NCBI GenBank assembly: GCA_965645245.1
Contig: OZ287088.1
Location: 434,001-498,000 of the forward strand
Length of the DNA stretch: 64,000 nt
Reading direction: 5' to 3'
DNA from: Massalongia carnosa
Lineage: Eukaryota
The position numbers and the translations under genes are program-made. This document shows, in pieces, positions 36,107 through 50,000 of the stretch (positions are counted from its first letter, which is position 1; every line of letters starts with the position of its first letter). The notes below the pieces were generated by a model. That model saw nothing but the letters and a program-made list of their open reading frames with translations. It was not told the DNA's origin and made no database searches.

Positions 36107-37381
36107 ATAAAGGCATACAGACCCATAGCTTTACTGAACACAATGGGTAAGGTAATAGAAGCAGTCATCGCAAGGAAGATCACTCATATAGCGGAATAGC
36201 ACCGGCTCCTACTGGACACACAAATGGGTACTCGGGGTGGCCGATCTACCGAGTCTGCGCTTGAACTAACCGAACAGGTACACACTGTATGGGGACAAGG
36301 CAACAACAAGGTAGCAACTATCTTTAGCATAGATATAGCAGGCGCATTCGACATAGTGTCTCATCCCAGGCTGATACAAAATCTGCGAAAAAGGAAAATC
36401 TCGAAATGGATCACAGACTGGACGGCAAGCTTTCTGAAGGAAAGAAGAACTACGCTAACGATAAACCGGCGAGTAACCGAGGAGTTCGCAGTGCGCACGG
36501 GCATTCCTTAAGGCTCGCCTATTTCCACTATTCTCTACTTGTTCTACAATGCGGACCTTTTAGAGATATGCGAGAGACCCGGCCCAAACACGAGTGCGCT
36601 AGGATTTGTAGACGACGTAAATATGTTGGCATACGGTAAAAGCACGGAAGAAAACTGCATAACCCTCGAAAGAATTAACAGAAAATGCGAACTATAGGCG
36701 GCAAGCCACGGGTCCGTATTTGTACCCGATAAGTATGTATCAAGCTGTATGGGCTTATATGGAATATGGGTGAAAAGGAGTGGTGTGTATTGATCTATGG
36801 GAGGTCTAGGCTAGCTAACTGAGGGATATCTCATAGGGGTTCGTGGGTCATGTGACCCATGGCGGGTCATGTGACCCCTAATCGCCTGACACACCCCCCC
36901 AGCTTTGACCAAAGCTGCCATGACCGAAAAACCTATATTAGGTGAAAATTTCTATGTTTTACCTTGATTTCTAGTGATTTTGGCCGATTCAATTTATGGC
37001 CGTATTTCCCTTCTTCTGATTGGCCAATTTCTTCTAATTGTTGACCAGGTCTATGGCATTGACTAGCCCTAATAGCTTGACGAAATGTTGATGCTTTTGA
37101 GGAGGTAGGATCTTGGTTAAACCATCTGCGACTATCTGATTGGTCGGCACATAGTCAACACATAATTCCCCCCTTTGCACAGATTGCCTAAGCCAGCATT
37201 GGGCGACGTCTATATGCCTCAATTTAGTGTCAGTTTTTCCCATTTCGGAGGTTAAAATGCGAATTGTCTGTAGGTTATCGTTATAGATAACTATATCTTG
37301 ATCCGGGTTAAATTTTAGATTTTCAAATAGATGTATATACCATATGAGCTCTTTACCCGCATGAAGCATAGACAATAACTA

Positions 37382-39711
37382 ACGTAATTCACTAGTCAAC
37401 GGGACAAACCGCTCAACGGGACTAACTAAATTTCGCTTAATTCTTGAAGCCTCCCTCCCACCCATTTTACATACAGTTTCGGCTTCAATGTCTAATAATT
37501 GTAAAAATGATGATCATCTGCATGTAAGTTTACTAAAACAATCACATTTTACGTGGTGGACGAACAATACGACCCCGTCTGGTAGTTTGAACCTCCTTCA
37601 CCACCTCAACCACCTCCACCACCTCCTTTGCCCCTTCCACCGTCTCTGTCACCTCCGTGATTGGATGAAGCATGAAGGGGGGTAACAAACACTCTTTTGA
37701 AGGACTTACAGGCCTTCTTTGTGAATTACAGGGAATTTTTTGAGGACTTTTCGTAGGGGATTTAAACGTTTGTCCTAGTAAATCAGGCCCAAATCGACAC
37801 ATTTCTCTGAAGGTTTTGATAAGATCCTGCTCCGCTCGTTTCAACTGAGCTGCCTTCTTTTTGTCATCCTTTACCTTCTGTTGAGTTTTAGCCCATTGCT
37901 GTCTTTGTTGAACGTCTTCGAGGCTCAGGACTCGAGCCTTTCCACCATAGTGAGCCCCGCTACGATTGGCTCGATGATGCCGCCGTAAATTGGCCTGAAG
38001 AAGCTCGTTATTGGTAATTCGTAGCAAGGTAGAGTCGGCAAAGGCGTATTTGGCCCCCTTTATCAATTTGTTTAGCGCTCGGGCGGGTGTCGAGTCTGAA
38101 TTCTCATCAGATCGAATTCGACGAATCAATTGATCTAATTGATCGATATTTGCAGGTGTCTTTTCCACCTCGATGACAGCCTTCTGAGAACTCTGAATTA
38201 TCGGAGTGTCAGGGTCAGAGACCGACGTGGTCTCCGGATCAATTCCGAAATTCGTAAAAGTGGAAGTAGTGGTGGTGGTAGTGGTGGTGATGGTAGTGGT
38301 AATTATGCTGTCAGTGTTTCGCAACACCGATTGTTTATTAGAGAGTTTCTGAAGAACTAGAGAAGGATTGTATGGCACTAATCCGGTGACTCTCCACGCA
38401 GTGAGCACGTTTTTTGTGTTGATTGCTTCTTTTCTTGCTTTTTTATGATCTTCAAAAAGTCCACCTTGTCAATCGAACAAACGTTGAATCGAGTGACGGC
38501 CTCCAGTTGTTTTTTATACTCCCGAGACAGGGGACCGAAAACGCTCACGTCTAGAGGTTGTAGTAAATATGTAGTATGAGGAGGTAGACATAGAGGAATT
38601 ATTTTCTTTTCATTGCAAAACTTGATAAATTCAGTAGAAATATGAGAAGCATGACCGTCTACCATCAGAAGTCGATAATCACCATGTAAATATTTTGCAG
38701 TAGCAGGTTCAAAACATCTTTTCAACCAATCGACACCTAGTTCGTTATCTGTCCATCCGTTTTCGCTGGTGGCAATTTCGCTGTGAATATCTTCCAGAAC
38801 ATCAAACCAGGCCTTTAGTTTGTTTACCCCTTTGAAAATGACGAAGAGGGGTAGACTGCGTCCAGTAGCAGAAATGGCCTCGATTAATGACACCCATTCT
38901 CGATTACCTGATTGTGCTGAAAAGGCCTGCTTTTCGTGCTTAGGTATTACCACTTTAGCACTAGCGGCCACCCCCATCATGAACCCTTTTTCATCCATAT
39001 TGTAGATGTCTTCATCAAGAATTCCGTGTTTTTGTTTAACGGAAAGAAAAAGCTCGAACCAATGTTTAAAAATCTCTTCGTTCTCCGCAAATAATCGTTC
39101 CTGATCCAATGTGCGACTATATTTGGCCTGCAAATCGGGATGACGATGTAAAAAATGCTGTTGCCAATTAACTCCCAGGGCAGTATGATTTCCCCTTGCT
39201 CGCAATAATTCGATGGCCATTTGACGCAATTGAGCGACTTTAGCAGGCCAGCCCCAGGCGTACAATTGTAAAACACAGTCCTTCAAAGTGTCCTCTTCTT
39301 CAGGTGTCAACAGCTGTCTGACTTGATCGGATGAAAATCGTGGTTGACGACCCTGAATGCGAGCATGAAGAGTGGACTTTGAAACGCCATACAGAGCAGC
39401 TGCTTTCGTGATGGAAAGAGTCTTGTCGGTCTGTTTCCAGGCCAGAAAAGCTGATTGTAATCGTTGTTGATACGCGGAGGTAGGGTGGGAAGAAGGAAGC
39501 TTGGAGGTTTTTTTAGAGGTGGATTTTTTACAAACAGCCATGATTATACTCTTTAATAAGATGATATTGATTAGTTTTATTATTTGAAGCTACTTTTGTA
39601 TGGAAAATGTATGATGAAAAGGCTTCAACATGTAAGATAGTCCAAATATTGATATTTTCGGATTTTCTTAGTCCCGTTGAGCGGTTTGTCCCGTTGACTA
39701 GTGAATTACGT
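37382..39711 (-). mobile_element. Full-length pogo/Fot1 transposon (pogo-3, 2330 bp) inserted in Copia-2 RNase H
   Basis: Perfect 44-bp TIRs (ACGTAATTCACTAGTCAACGGGACAAACCGCTCAACGGGACTAA) and TA TSD. Confidence 0.97.
37542..39541 (-). pseudogene. pogo-3 transposase with a single frameshift at ~38440
   Basis: HTH, NMDEKGF, VDGHASH and QPLDVSVF motifs. Adding one A to the A6 run joins ORFs 38378..39541 and 37542..38408. Confidence 0.9.
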
Positions 39712-42700
39712 TAGGCCTCAGTGGTTGACGTGGTCACGGTCAGTTGCTTCCTAGCGGCCTTGTCAATCATCCTACCAAATAACTTGAATTTATAGCCCTC
39801 GGGGCTTTTCCTATCTGGGTTATTTGAATATGATACATCAGCCGTTGCCTCAAAAACCTGCTTATTAGCCGGAACCGGTCTATGATTTGCCATAGTAGTA
39901 ATTTCACCGCCCCCTTTGGCCGAGTACTGGATTCCCAGATATTTCGTCCCATATAGATAACGTAGGCAATGGACTGCAGCCCTCATATGACTAGGTCTCG
40001 GGTTGGTCAGATATTCAGCTAATTTTGAAGCTGATTTTGCTATATCTGGCCGAGTCATAATAGCTGGGTAGCATATTGATCCAACTTTCTTCCTATATAG
40101 ATGCATTCTGGCCGGATCAACCTCCCCCTCATATGGCGCCAGTTCTTTATTGAATATGGGCGTTAGAGGTGTTTAGCCTCCGACTTTTCATCTATGTCAT
40201 ATTCCTTGGCTAATTTGTTCATATAAAAGTCCTGAATCAAATGGATCGTCTTTTCCTCTATTTTATGAATGACTCGTACGCCTAGAAAATAGGTTAATGG
40301 ACCCATATCCCGTATTTCGATTATCTTCATGAAACGTTGCACATATTCCTCGACTTCGGCTTCGTTTTTGGGCCGATACGCTATTACTATGTCGTCCACA
40401 TAGAAGAATAGTATGATTCCCTCCGTATAGAATAGGCATGGTTCGCCTGGCACCTGTTTTAACCCTAGTTCTATGCATTTGCCTATTAGCATTCGTAGCC
40501 ATAGAAGGGGTGATTTTCTTTGACTATATAGCGCTTTTATCACTTTTAGCACCTTCTTTCTAAGCTTAAAACCATCAGGCAAAAAGCAGTAAAGAGGCTC
40601 GTCATTGTGAGCGTTTAGAAAGGCGTTAATACCGTCCAACTGCCTCGTTTTCAGCCCGAATGCAGCAACTAATGCCATTATTACCCTAAACACCTTGAAG
40701 GCTAATGTAGCTGCATAAACATCTTGAGCATTATCTTGCTATAAGTCACCTCTAACAACTAGACGTGCTTTGAACTTTGCCAAATAGCCGTCCTAATCAG
40801 TCTTATAGGTGAACCTATTTGAGGGGCAATATTGGCTGTATAGCCTCATCTTGATCAACTATTTCCCATGTTTCTTTGTGGAAAAGTGCCTCCCATTCAC
40901 GTTAGCTGCTTTCATGAACTCATCTGCATAGGGATGCCTTAGCAGAGCTCGCCAATGAGATGGGGGGTCGGGCAAATCATCAGTTCGGAGCTGATTAGTC
41001 ATTCTCGCCGCCCCCGCCATAAACGCTGTATGAAATTGAGGAAATTTCGACATTTCTTCTGCTGACCAAGCTCCATTTGCAGCGTATCTAGGGTTTGGTT
41101 TCCTAGTACGTTTTCCCTCTATAACGTTTGCCTCATTTATCCCATCGCTCCTTTTTCCTGATAATTGCTCTATTTCCGTCACATTGAGGGGCGTTCGGCC
41201 CGTTTGCGGGAGTTGTGGAGGGTCAATTGTTGATGCCCTCACCTTTTTGGCCCTTCTTTTATCTATGGAGACATTAGGGCTGATATCTGGTTCAGGTGTT
41301 TCTATCGGCGTTTCCAGTTGCATTGGTGTTGATGAGCGAGTTATTTTCTCCCGTATTTCGTCCTGACTAGGTGAGTTATCTTCTATGGTCAATTGCTCTA
41401 TACGCTTATTGACTGATAAGTCTAGCCATTCTTCTTCCTTACTATCTATCTCCTGAAATGCGGGGCGTGGTTCAACTACATGAAACTCTATAAAGCTCGC
41501 TTTTTCAGTCTCCTTTAGCAATAGCTCCTTATTCGACGTATAGGCGCTATAAAGCTCATCTTCGTTGAATATGACGTCTCTATAACCGCTGACATCTCCC
41601 TTTTCTGGATTCCATATCCTGAAGATATTGGTTGAATTATAGCCAACCAAATAGCCAACAAATGCCCTAGGTTTCAACTTATTGCTTTTGGGAGGAGCAT
41701 CGGCCCCTTTTAGCAATGGATACGCCTTGCAACCAAACACTTTTAGATGAGCCAGCTCGTATCTGATTGATTGACCCGGATTGGTCAGTTTCTGCAATTT
41801 GACCAATGGGGAGTCCCATTCCAGGGCTTTATTAGGGGTTCGATTCATCAGATAGGCTGCAGCTAAATAGCACTCCGGATACAGGTCTTCTGGCATTTTT
41901 GTATATTCCCTGATGCATCGAGCTTTTTCAGTTAATAGGGCTCCGAAACGCTCCGAAACGCCATTTTGCTCAGGGGTATTCTTTGCTAACCATGACCATT
42001 CTATGCCTTGCTGACTGATCCATGCTTCTAGGGCTTTTCCTATTGATGTTTCTTGCCCCGTGCGAATCGTGGTTACCATTGAATTAATGGAAATGCCAGC
42101 TCTATCGCATTGATTGATCAAGCTTTTGAAGATGGGCAATAGGGTCTTTTCCTTATGATCATTCAATGGATAAACCCATACATATAAGGTAAATTCGTCC
42201 GTAAAATGAGTTATACAGCTCGTTCCATCGAACCCCTTATCATTGATGGTTAGGTCAAAATGAAGCACCTGATATGGCTTGATGGCACGCCCTGGCGGAG
42301 CTTTATTGATGACTCTATGCATTTTGGAGACTGCACACGTTTCGCATTGAATGGTCCTAGGTGCGTTCTCACCCCCTACGCCTTTTGAAACTGTCACCTC
42401 ATCGATCTCCTTTAGCTGGTCAATCACCTCTGGCCGGCAATGACCGAGCCGAAGATGCCATTTCCATGGAGTTGCTTTTGACGTATCGCGTGGCTGCACT
42501 GAGTTAGCAAACCCTATATCTATGGATTCAGGGTTATATTCTATAATTGAGAGCCTATAGTGCTCCTTTATTTCACATATTTGTTGCCCTGTCTCCTTAA
42601 CTATAAGGGTATCAGTGAACATATCCCAGAAAAAGCCTCGTTTTTTCAACTTATTGGCCGAAACCAACGTCACGAATGAATCAGGAATATAAGCTGTTCC

Positions 42701-44966
42701 TTCGAATAATAGCTCCCTTTTCTGGCCATTCAATAGGCCATTTACCCTCATTGTGCCATGACCATGGATTCTCATCTCCCCGTCGGGGGTGTCTACCCAT
42801 ATGTCTGACGAAGTTAGGGTTATTTCTCCTATAAACCGTGATTTATCATAGGTCAGAGGGTTATCGTATCCAGAGTCAAAGATGACGCCTTTATGCAAGG
42901 GTTTATTTGCCCTAGATGTAACGTTCGCAAACGAGAAGGATTGACTAGGCAGTTCAATGTGATTGCCCTGATTATGTTGATCATTCTCTGCTTTTTGGGA
43001 GCTCTTTTTGACTGACTCCTCAGTTATTCCATCTAGTATTTTGGTGTCGGTGACCTTCTTAATAGCCACGAAAAACCGAATGTTTGACTGAATTTTCTGA
43101 CGTATTTTATTGCGTACGGTTTTATCTTCCTTCCATGCAGGGGGGCGAGCTGATTTGACGATATATGGGCATAGCCTGAACAGGTGTATTTTCCCACATA
43201 CGCACTTTCTATCCTTGAATCTGGCCTCTTTTGATTGGCCATTCTATTGACTTGATTGGCTAGGCCCCGGACCTTTATTTTCGTCTTGCATTTGCCCCTG
43301 CAGCGAGGCTGCATTAGCTTGATTTCTAGACGTTGATTGTGCCTCATTCAGGAATGATTCCACGGCTAAACGATATTCCCTGGTTGTCTCGTAAAATTCA
43401 ACCGTCGTCTTAGCAGCCCTATGCTGCATTACCCAGTTTTCACAGAAATTGGGCGCCCATTCCTTCCCTGATTGGAGAAATTCATTGATGAATATGGTCT
43501 CGGAGCCAAATAGGCCCGTTACATTGAGCTCAACAATTTGTCCCTTAATATTCTCCCAATCAGCTACCCATGCCTCTATTTTACTTTTAATGGGCGGGGT
43601 TTTTAGGGCTAGAAATTGCTCATGCAATTGCTCTATGACTTGGTCATCTGACCGCTTATATCTTGCAGCCAGAATTTTCACTATTTCCCTAACCGATGAA
43701 GCTATCTTATTTGGGGGGATGTATGCTCGTGCGGAGCTCTTTAGTGCATTTTCCACTATTCTGAGTCCTTGGGCGACCTTCTCCACCTTGTTTTCCTTCA
43801 TCTTATAGGCTGATATCTCCATTTTATAGTCCTCCTTTTGCTCAGCCGATAAATCGCCGTATTTCTAAGCCGATTTCGTGGCTATTACAACTCCACCTTC
43901 TATAATGGGGTAAGCAATTCCACCTGCTGGCTGTGCTTGAATAGGGACTTGATATTGTGAAACTTCCGGATATTCTCCCTCTTCGGGCTCCGGTTTTGAA
44001 CCATTGGGGTCCACATATTGCCATACCTTCGCTTTCTCGGATATTCCTTGTAATTCCCTAATCTATAGATGATAATTCTTGGGAGTTAGGGCGATCATCG
44101 TTGCTTTGTTGGTCTCCTCCATTTTGATCGTTTTGTTGGATCGTTTTGGGAAGAGGGTTTTATTCAACTAGATCAATGAATAGGAATTGAAGCTTCTATG
44201 CTCTCCGGGCTCATAACTAACAAGCTGTATGGGCTAATGTGGAATATGGGTGAAAAGGAGTGGTGTATATTAATCTATAGGAGGTCTAGGCTAGCTAACT
44301 GAGGGATATCTCATAGGGGTTCGTGGGTCATGCGACCCATGGCGGGTCATGTGACCTCTAATCGCCTGACAGTATGAGCTCATTTATTTGTCCAGAAATC
44401 CAAAGAAATTCGACATGTCGGCTACTATTCAAATAGAAAACAACCTAATAGAACCGAAAATGGACATACGAGCTCTGGGCCTCCAAATCACACCAAATTG
44501 AAATGGGGAGCCCACATACGGAAAACACTAGAGATGATGACGTCGCAGTCGCTGGCGCTCAACAAAATATCAATATCTACCTGGGGAGCTTCTTTCGCGA
44601 AGGCCCGGCAGGTTTACACCGCTGTCGTTTGCCCGGCAATGACTTATAGAAGCACCGTGTAGTACACACCCAGGGAAATCAAGAAAAACAAGGCCACGAC
44701 GTCTAAACTCAGCGCCATGCAGAACAAATGCTTACGTACCGTGAAAGAGGCTTTCAAGGCAATCATCACAACTATAGTAAGGCTTCTACGATTTCTTACT
44801 TTTTTAAACTCGTAAGTGTTTATTATACTGATAAAAGTTTAATATTCATAAATCTTGATTGATTGTTCGTGTTTTACATATGCAGCTGTCTGATAATAGA
44901 AAAGAATTTCACTTAAGTCAATGACTTAATCAGGTCGTTCGTTATCATCTTTTTCGTCAATATATG

Positions 44967-45118
44967 TACCCCGCGCAACGGGTTGGGTTTTCGCCACAAA
45001 AGTGCTTTTTCGCCACCGGGTTTTTCTCTAAAAACTTAACCAGGACACCAAAAATTATAGTACTTGCAATAAACGGGTTGGGTTTTCAGTAGAGAAACCC
45101 GACCAGTTGCGCGGTGAA
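44967..45118 (+). mobile_element. 152-bp hAT-like MITE, diverged copy
   Basis: Colinear with 53733-53884. Flanks AATATATG / GATATATA are a possible decayed 8-bp TSD. Confidence 0.8.
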
Positions 45119-45417
45119 GATATATAGAATAGACTAATTCGTTAATCGATAAATTCGTTTCAAATGAAGTGATATTAAATACTTATTTGTTTTGTTCTAG
45201 AATTTAAAACAAAATTAGTGACTAATAAGATTGCATTTTGACTGTCAACTTTTAAAGGTATAACATATTTCTTTTTCAATAAGTTCAATATTGAAAAATA
45301 TTATCTGTCTTTTTTATATCCAGATCAATCATCAATAAACGTATTCATATGATTTCCTTAATAAATCGGGAAATCGAGAGGACCCGCGAATTGGTCAAAT
45401 GGTCAACTAATAGGCTA

Positions 45418-46753
45418 CAGTCCCATGTCAAAAGTTTCCGACTCTACCCACGATTTTCGTGATTTCGCGTTTCAACCCCTCCAACCCATCAACTTTGACC
45501 TCATCATTTCACCATGCCACGCACTCCGTTGGCTTCAATTTCTGGTAATAAGCCTCGTAATACCGAATTAAATCAATGTTAAAGAGGAATGATTATTGGA
45601 GCCCAGGCGTTGGGGCATGCACCGGCCGAAACTGCAAAGATATTAAATGTGCCTCGAACCACCGTCTATTACACTCTTCAAAAGCACCCAGAACGCAACA
45701 ACGAAAAGTCCAAATCGCGATCGGGTCGGCCTGGAATATTTTCGGATCGCGATAGAAGACGTACCATCAAATTTGCACAAATCAATCCACGCATCACCTA
45801 TGCGCAGCTGCGTACGGAGGCCGGGGTGCAATGCAGTCGATACACTCTCTATCGGACGCTCAAAGACTACGGTCTAACAAACTAGCTGGCTAAAAAGCGG
45901 CCTTTATTGACGTCCGAGGTGGCAAAGAGGATATTGGAATGGTGATTGCTTCGGCGTGAGTGGACTTCTGAGCAATAGTCATTATATGGTCAGACGAGTG
46001 TTCGGTGGAAAAGGGGTCAGGAAAACAGCGTCAATTGATGTTCAGATTTCCGGAGGAAAAACGGAAAAAACCTATGATACAACCGTACGCCAAAGGCAAC
46101 GAGGTCAAGGTTATGGTATGAGGGGCTTTTTGGAGGAGAGAAAGGTCAGATCTTTACAAATTGGCCCGCGATATTGAAGCAAAGAAGATGGGGTACTCCG
46201 CGAATTCATATTTGGAATTATTGAACGATAATCTGCTTGGAATTTGGGAACCGGGCCTCATTTTCATGCAGGATAATGCATTGATTTATACTGCCAAAAA
46301 GGTGAAGAAATGGTTCGATGAAAACGGTATAACAATCATCGATTGGGCCACCTTATTCTCCTAATTTGAACCCCATCGAGCACGTTTGGTATGTGCTCAA
46401 ACAGCTCGTTTATTAAGTCAATCCGGATATCGATTCGGTGACTGGTAGTGATGATAATATCCGCGAGGTACTTTCGAAAGCGTTGGAATAAGCATAGGCC
46501 TTGATAGATGAGGAATTGTTGAGAAGTTTAATAGTGAGCATGGAAAGGAGGATTGAAGCTTGCATCCAATCGAAAGGATAGTATACGAAATATTAAAAAT
46601 ATATTTCTCAGCCCAAAGTCGTTGCTAGAATGTATTTAATCATCTTACGAAGTTTCAAGGCATCAAAATAAAAACTTGGTAGTTGATAATTCAAAGCAGT
46701 GGGGGGGGTAAAAAGTTGACGGGGGGCTGTCGGAAACTTTTGACCTAGTACTG
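45418..46753 (+). mobile_element. Tc1-like transposon (1336 bp), degenerate
   Basis: TA|CAGT...ACTG|TA with imperfect ~25-bp TIRs. Transposase has many stops; sibling of 57452-58787. Confidence 0.92.
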
Positions 46754-46769
46754 TATCAGTACTCTTTCT

Positions 46770-46866
46770 GTTGGGTAACCCAACGATAACCCAACCAAAC
46801 CCAAAACCCATTGGGTTGGGTTCTCATTTTAATAACCCAACCCAACCCAACCCATTCCGCGGCCTA
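46770..46866. mobile_element. Probable hAT-like element terminus with AACCC/GGGTT subterminal repeats
   Basis: Ends CCCATTCCGCGGCCTA, similar to the MITE end CCCGTTGCGCGGCGTA. Confidence 0.5.
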
Positions 46867-47078
46867 TATATAATCTTGATTTTAAGAATAAAGAATAATG
46901 TTTAGCAGTCTTTTTCTAATACTAGTCATCTTCTTTTAAACGAGAGATAGTAGTTAAATATTCAACATAAACTTATTTTCAAGTTTCTTTCGTCGTTATT
47001 TTCTTCGTTAACGATATCGACAGTAATATTCGAAGCGAGATTTCTCTAAAGAACTTCAAAAAATATCAACTTGATTTC

Positions 47079-50000
47079 TGTTATAATCTACCTAGAGACA
47101 AGTCATAGGGGTACTAGAAACGAATACAATAAAAAGAAAAAGAAAAAAAAAGAAAAAGACAATCGACAACCCGAACCTGTCCCTATATATCCTCTACTGC
47201 GCTAGTATCCATATATTATAGTCGCGGTAGAATCTTCTCGTGACTGCAGGAACAAATCCGAAGGTACGGGAACGTATCGAAAGTTCCTACGCGTTTCCAT
47301 CTACGGTTTGGTGCCGAATTTATCCGAGTGCCGAGGTCGTGCCGAGTAGAATCGTGACACTACCCGCTTCAGATCGCGAGTCACCTGACCGCGATAAAGT
47401 CCGCGTTACCTCCAGGGTTTGATTGTCGAGCAGTTCCTTTTTTGTTGATCCGTTTAATCGGTGATTAATGCGGTTAGCGTGCAGATGATCATCGTGGCTT
47501 CACTGGGTTTCGTTTGTAAAATTCTTCCACTATCTCTTTTGCATTTTCGAAGCCTTCGGCTTCATACCATGTCAGATCTTCGTCTATTCCCTTCCATTTG
47601 ACCTTGAATTGAATCCTTCGGTAGCGTCTTCGTGCATCCAGGATGTCATCTAGTTCCCATTCCTCGTTCCCTTCAACCACTACTGGCGGTGGTGGTTCGT
47701 TAATCTGGCCTGGAAGTGGCTCGTCGGAGGCCTTCCGAAGTAGACTGGTGTGGAAGACATCGTGGATTTTCATTTACGGTGGGAGTTCTAATTGGCAGGA
47801 AGATCCTACTAGTTTCTTGACTCTGTAGGGACCAATCATTTTGTGATCCAGCTTTTTGGAGGTACGCTCCGTCTTGATGTTCTTTGTGGATAGCCACACC
47901 ATGTCTCCTTCGCTGTATGAGACTTCAGTTCGATGCCGGTCTGCCGCTATTGCTTGTCGTTCTTGGGTTTTTTTCATGTTTTGTTGAACGAAGTCCCATA
48001 CCTTTTTCATGTCGTCAGTAATGGCTCTGGCTTTTTCGTTAGCTAGTCTTTCCCTAGTGGAGTCTGCGGAAAGCTCGGTCGGATCGAAGCTCATTCTTGG
48101 CTCATACCCTTTGGTGGCCATGAACGGTGAGAGCCCTGTGGTGGCTGAGGGTGCGTTGTTGGCGGCGAACTCGGCTATCGGAAGTAGGTTCATCCAGTCG
48201 TCCTGGCTGTAGTTCACGAAACTCCGGAGGTGGCGCTCCATTTCTTGATTCGCGATTTCGCTCTGTCCATCTGTTTCCGGGTGATAGGCTGTTGACAACT
48301 TTGCTGTAATTCCGAGAATTTTGCACCAAGCCTTCCATACTGCTGAGACGAACTGCGGTCCTCGGTCCGATACCATGCTGATTGGAAGGCCATGATATCG
48401 CCATACGTTGTCTACAAGGAGTTTTGCTACATGGAATGTAATGTCTTTCTTTAGATAGCCGGTCCACTACCATCAGAATGGCATCATTTCCTTTGCTTTT
48501 CGGAAGACCCGTCACATAATCCAGGGTGATATCCCTCCACGGTCTTTCCGGTATGGGTAGGGGTTTCAATAGTCCGTTGTACTTGTCCCGAGGTGCTTTT
48601 GCTCGTCGACAAACATGGCAATTTCGCACGTAACGACGAATTTCCTTGTTCATGTTTGGCCAATAGTAGTTCCGGGCGATTGTATGAGTAGTTCTGGCCA
48701 TTCCGGGATGTCCTACCGCTACTTGATCGTGAATTTGCCGGATAACCTCCAGGATGGTTTTTTTCTTGTCCGGTACCCATAAGCGCTTTTGCTTATATAG
48801 CTGTCCGTTTTCCACAATGCAATTCTTAATGTCGGGTAACGAGTCGTCGGTGGTGTCGGTTCTTTCTATGGCTTTTCTGATTCTGGTACAAAGTTCATCC
48901 TTCAGGTTTTCCTGTTTTATTCATTCGTCCAGGGTCGGTGGGTCCTGTTCGGGAATTTCTTCTGGTTCCGTTGCTTCTTCGATTGGTTCGAGTTCAAATT
49001 TTTCAGGGAGTAACAGTGTCTGCAGCTGATGTTGCTGCCTTTCGTCATCATCGTCCTGGGGTTTGTCATTTGGCCTTCGGGTCAGGGCGTCCGCTTTCTC
49101 ATTCTTCTTTCCGGGTCGGTATGTAATGAAGAAGTTGAATTCCGAAAGGAACTCTGCCCAGCGAGCTTGTCGTCTAGTTAGTTTCTTAGTTGACATGAAA
49201 TATTCTAGACTTCGGTGATTGGTGAAGATCTTCACTGGCAAGTCCGTACTTTCCAGTTCGGGTTTCCATTGCTCGAAGCAGCAATTATCGCTAGCAGTTC
49301 CTTGTCATATATTTCGTAGTTACATTCAGCCGGGCTTATGTTCTTGGAAAAGAAGGCTACCGGGTGAAGTTCTCCATCGTCACCTTCTTGTGATAGCACT
49401 CCTCCATTGACATGATCCGAAGAGTCAGTTTCCAGATAGCACTGCTTGTTTCGGTCGAAATGAATCAGGATCGGGGCTTCCCTAATTTGATTCTGTAGAG
49501 TTCGGAAAGCTTTTTCACATGCCGAGGTCAATTCGAATATTCGTTCTTTCTTTGTCAACGCATTCAGCGGTTTAGCAATCTTTGAAAATCCTCTAATAAA
49601 TCGGCGATAAAAATTGCAGAAGCCAATGAACGAACGGACCTCCCGTAGGCATGTTGGTTGCCATTCCTGAATAGCCTTGACTTTGGCGGGGTCCATACGA
49701 ATGCCATCAACACCGATAATCAGTCCCAGATATTTCGTTTCCGTCACGTGAAACTCGTATTTGTCCACGTCCGCTCGGAGTCCTGCCTCTCGAAGTTTTG
49801 ATAGAACGGCACGTACATGTTCTCGATGCTCTTTCAGATTCTTGCTATAAATTAGGATGTCGTCCAGATAAGCCGTGCAGAAGTTGTCCAAATATTCAAA
49901 GAGCACGTCGTTGATAAAGTGCTGCCAGGTCGATGGTCCTCCGGAAAGTCCAAACGGTAATACCTTGTATTTATAGGCACCGAAATGGGAGTTAAACGTG

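Larger units (their letters stand above)
36738..44371 (-). mobile_element. Full-length degenerate Ty1/copia (Copia-2); 154-bp LTRs 44218..44371 and 36738..36891
   Basis: Paired LTRs, TSD GTATG, GTTATGAGCCC PBS-like site, poly-G PPT. VIFDSG, WHLRLGH, YVDD and RNase H fragments. Confidence 0.93.
28364..44770 (+). mobile_element. Degenerate LINE (LINE-2) RT region in three pieces (28364-28647, 36107-36737, 44372-44770), split by Gypsy-B and Copia-2
   Basis: KAPGPDGI...KPGKKD|AYRPIALLNT...FVDD...|...STWGA reads on across both insertions. Confidence 0.85.
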
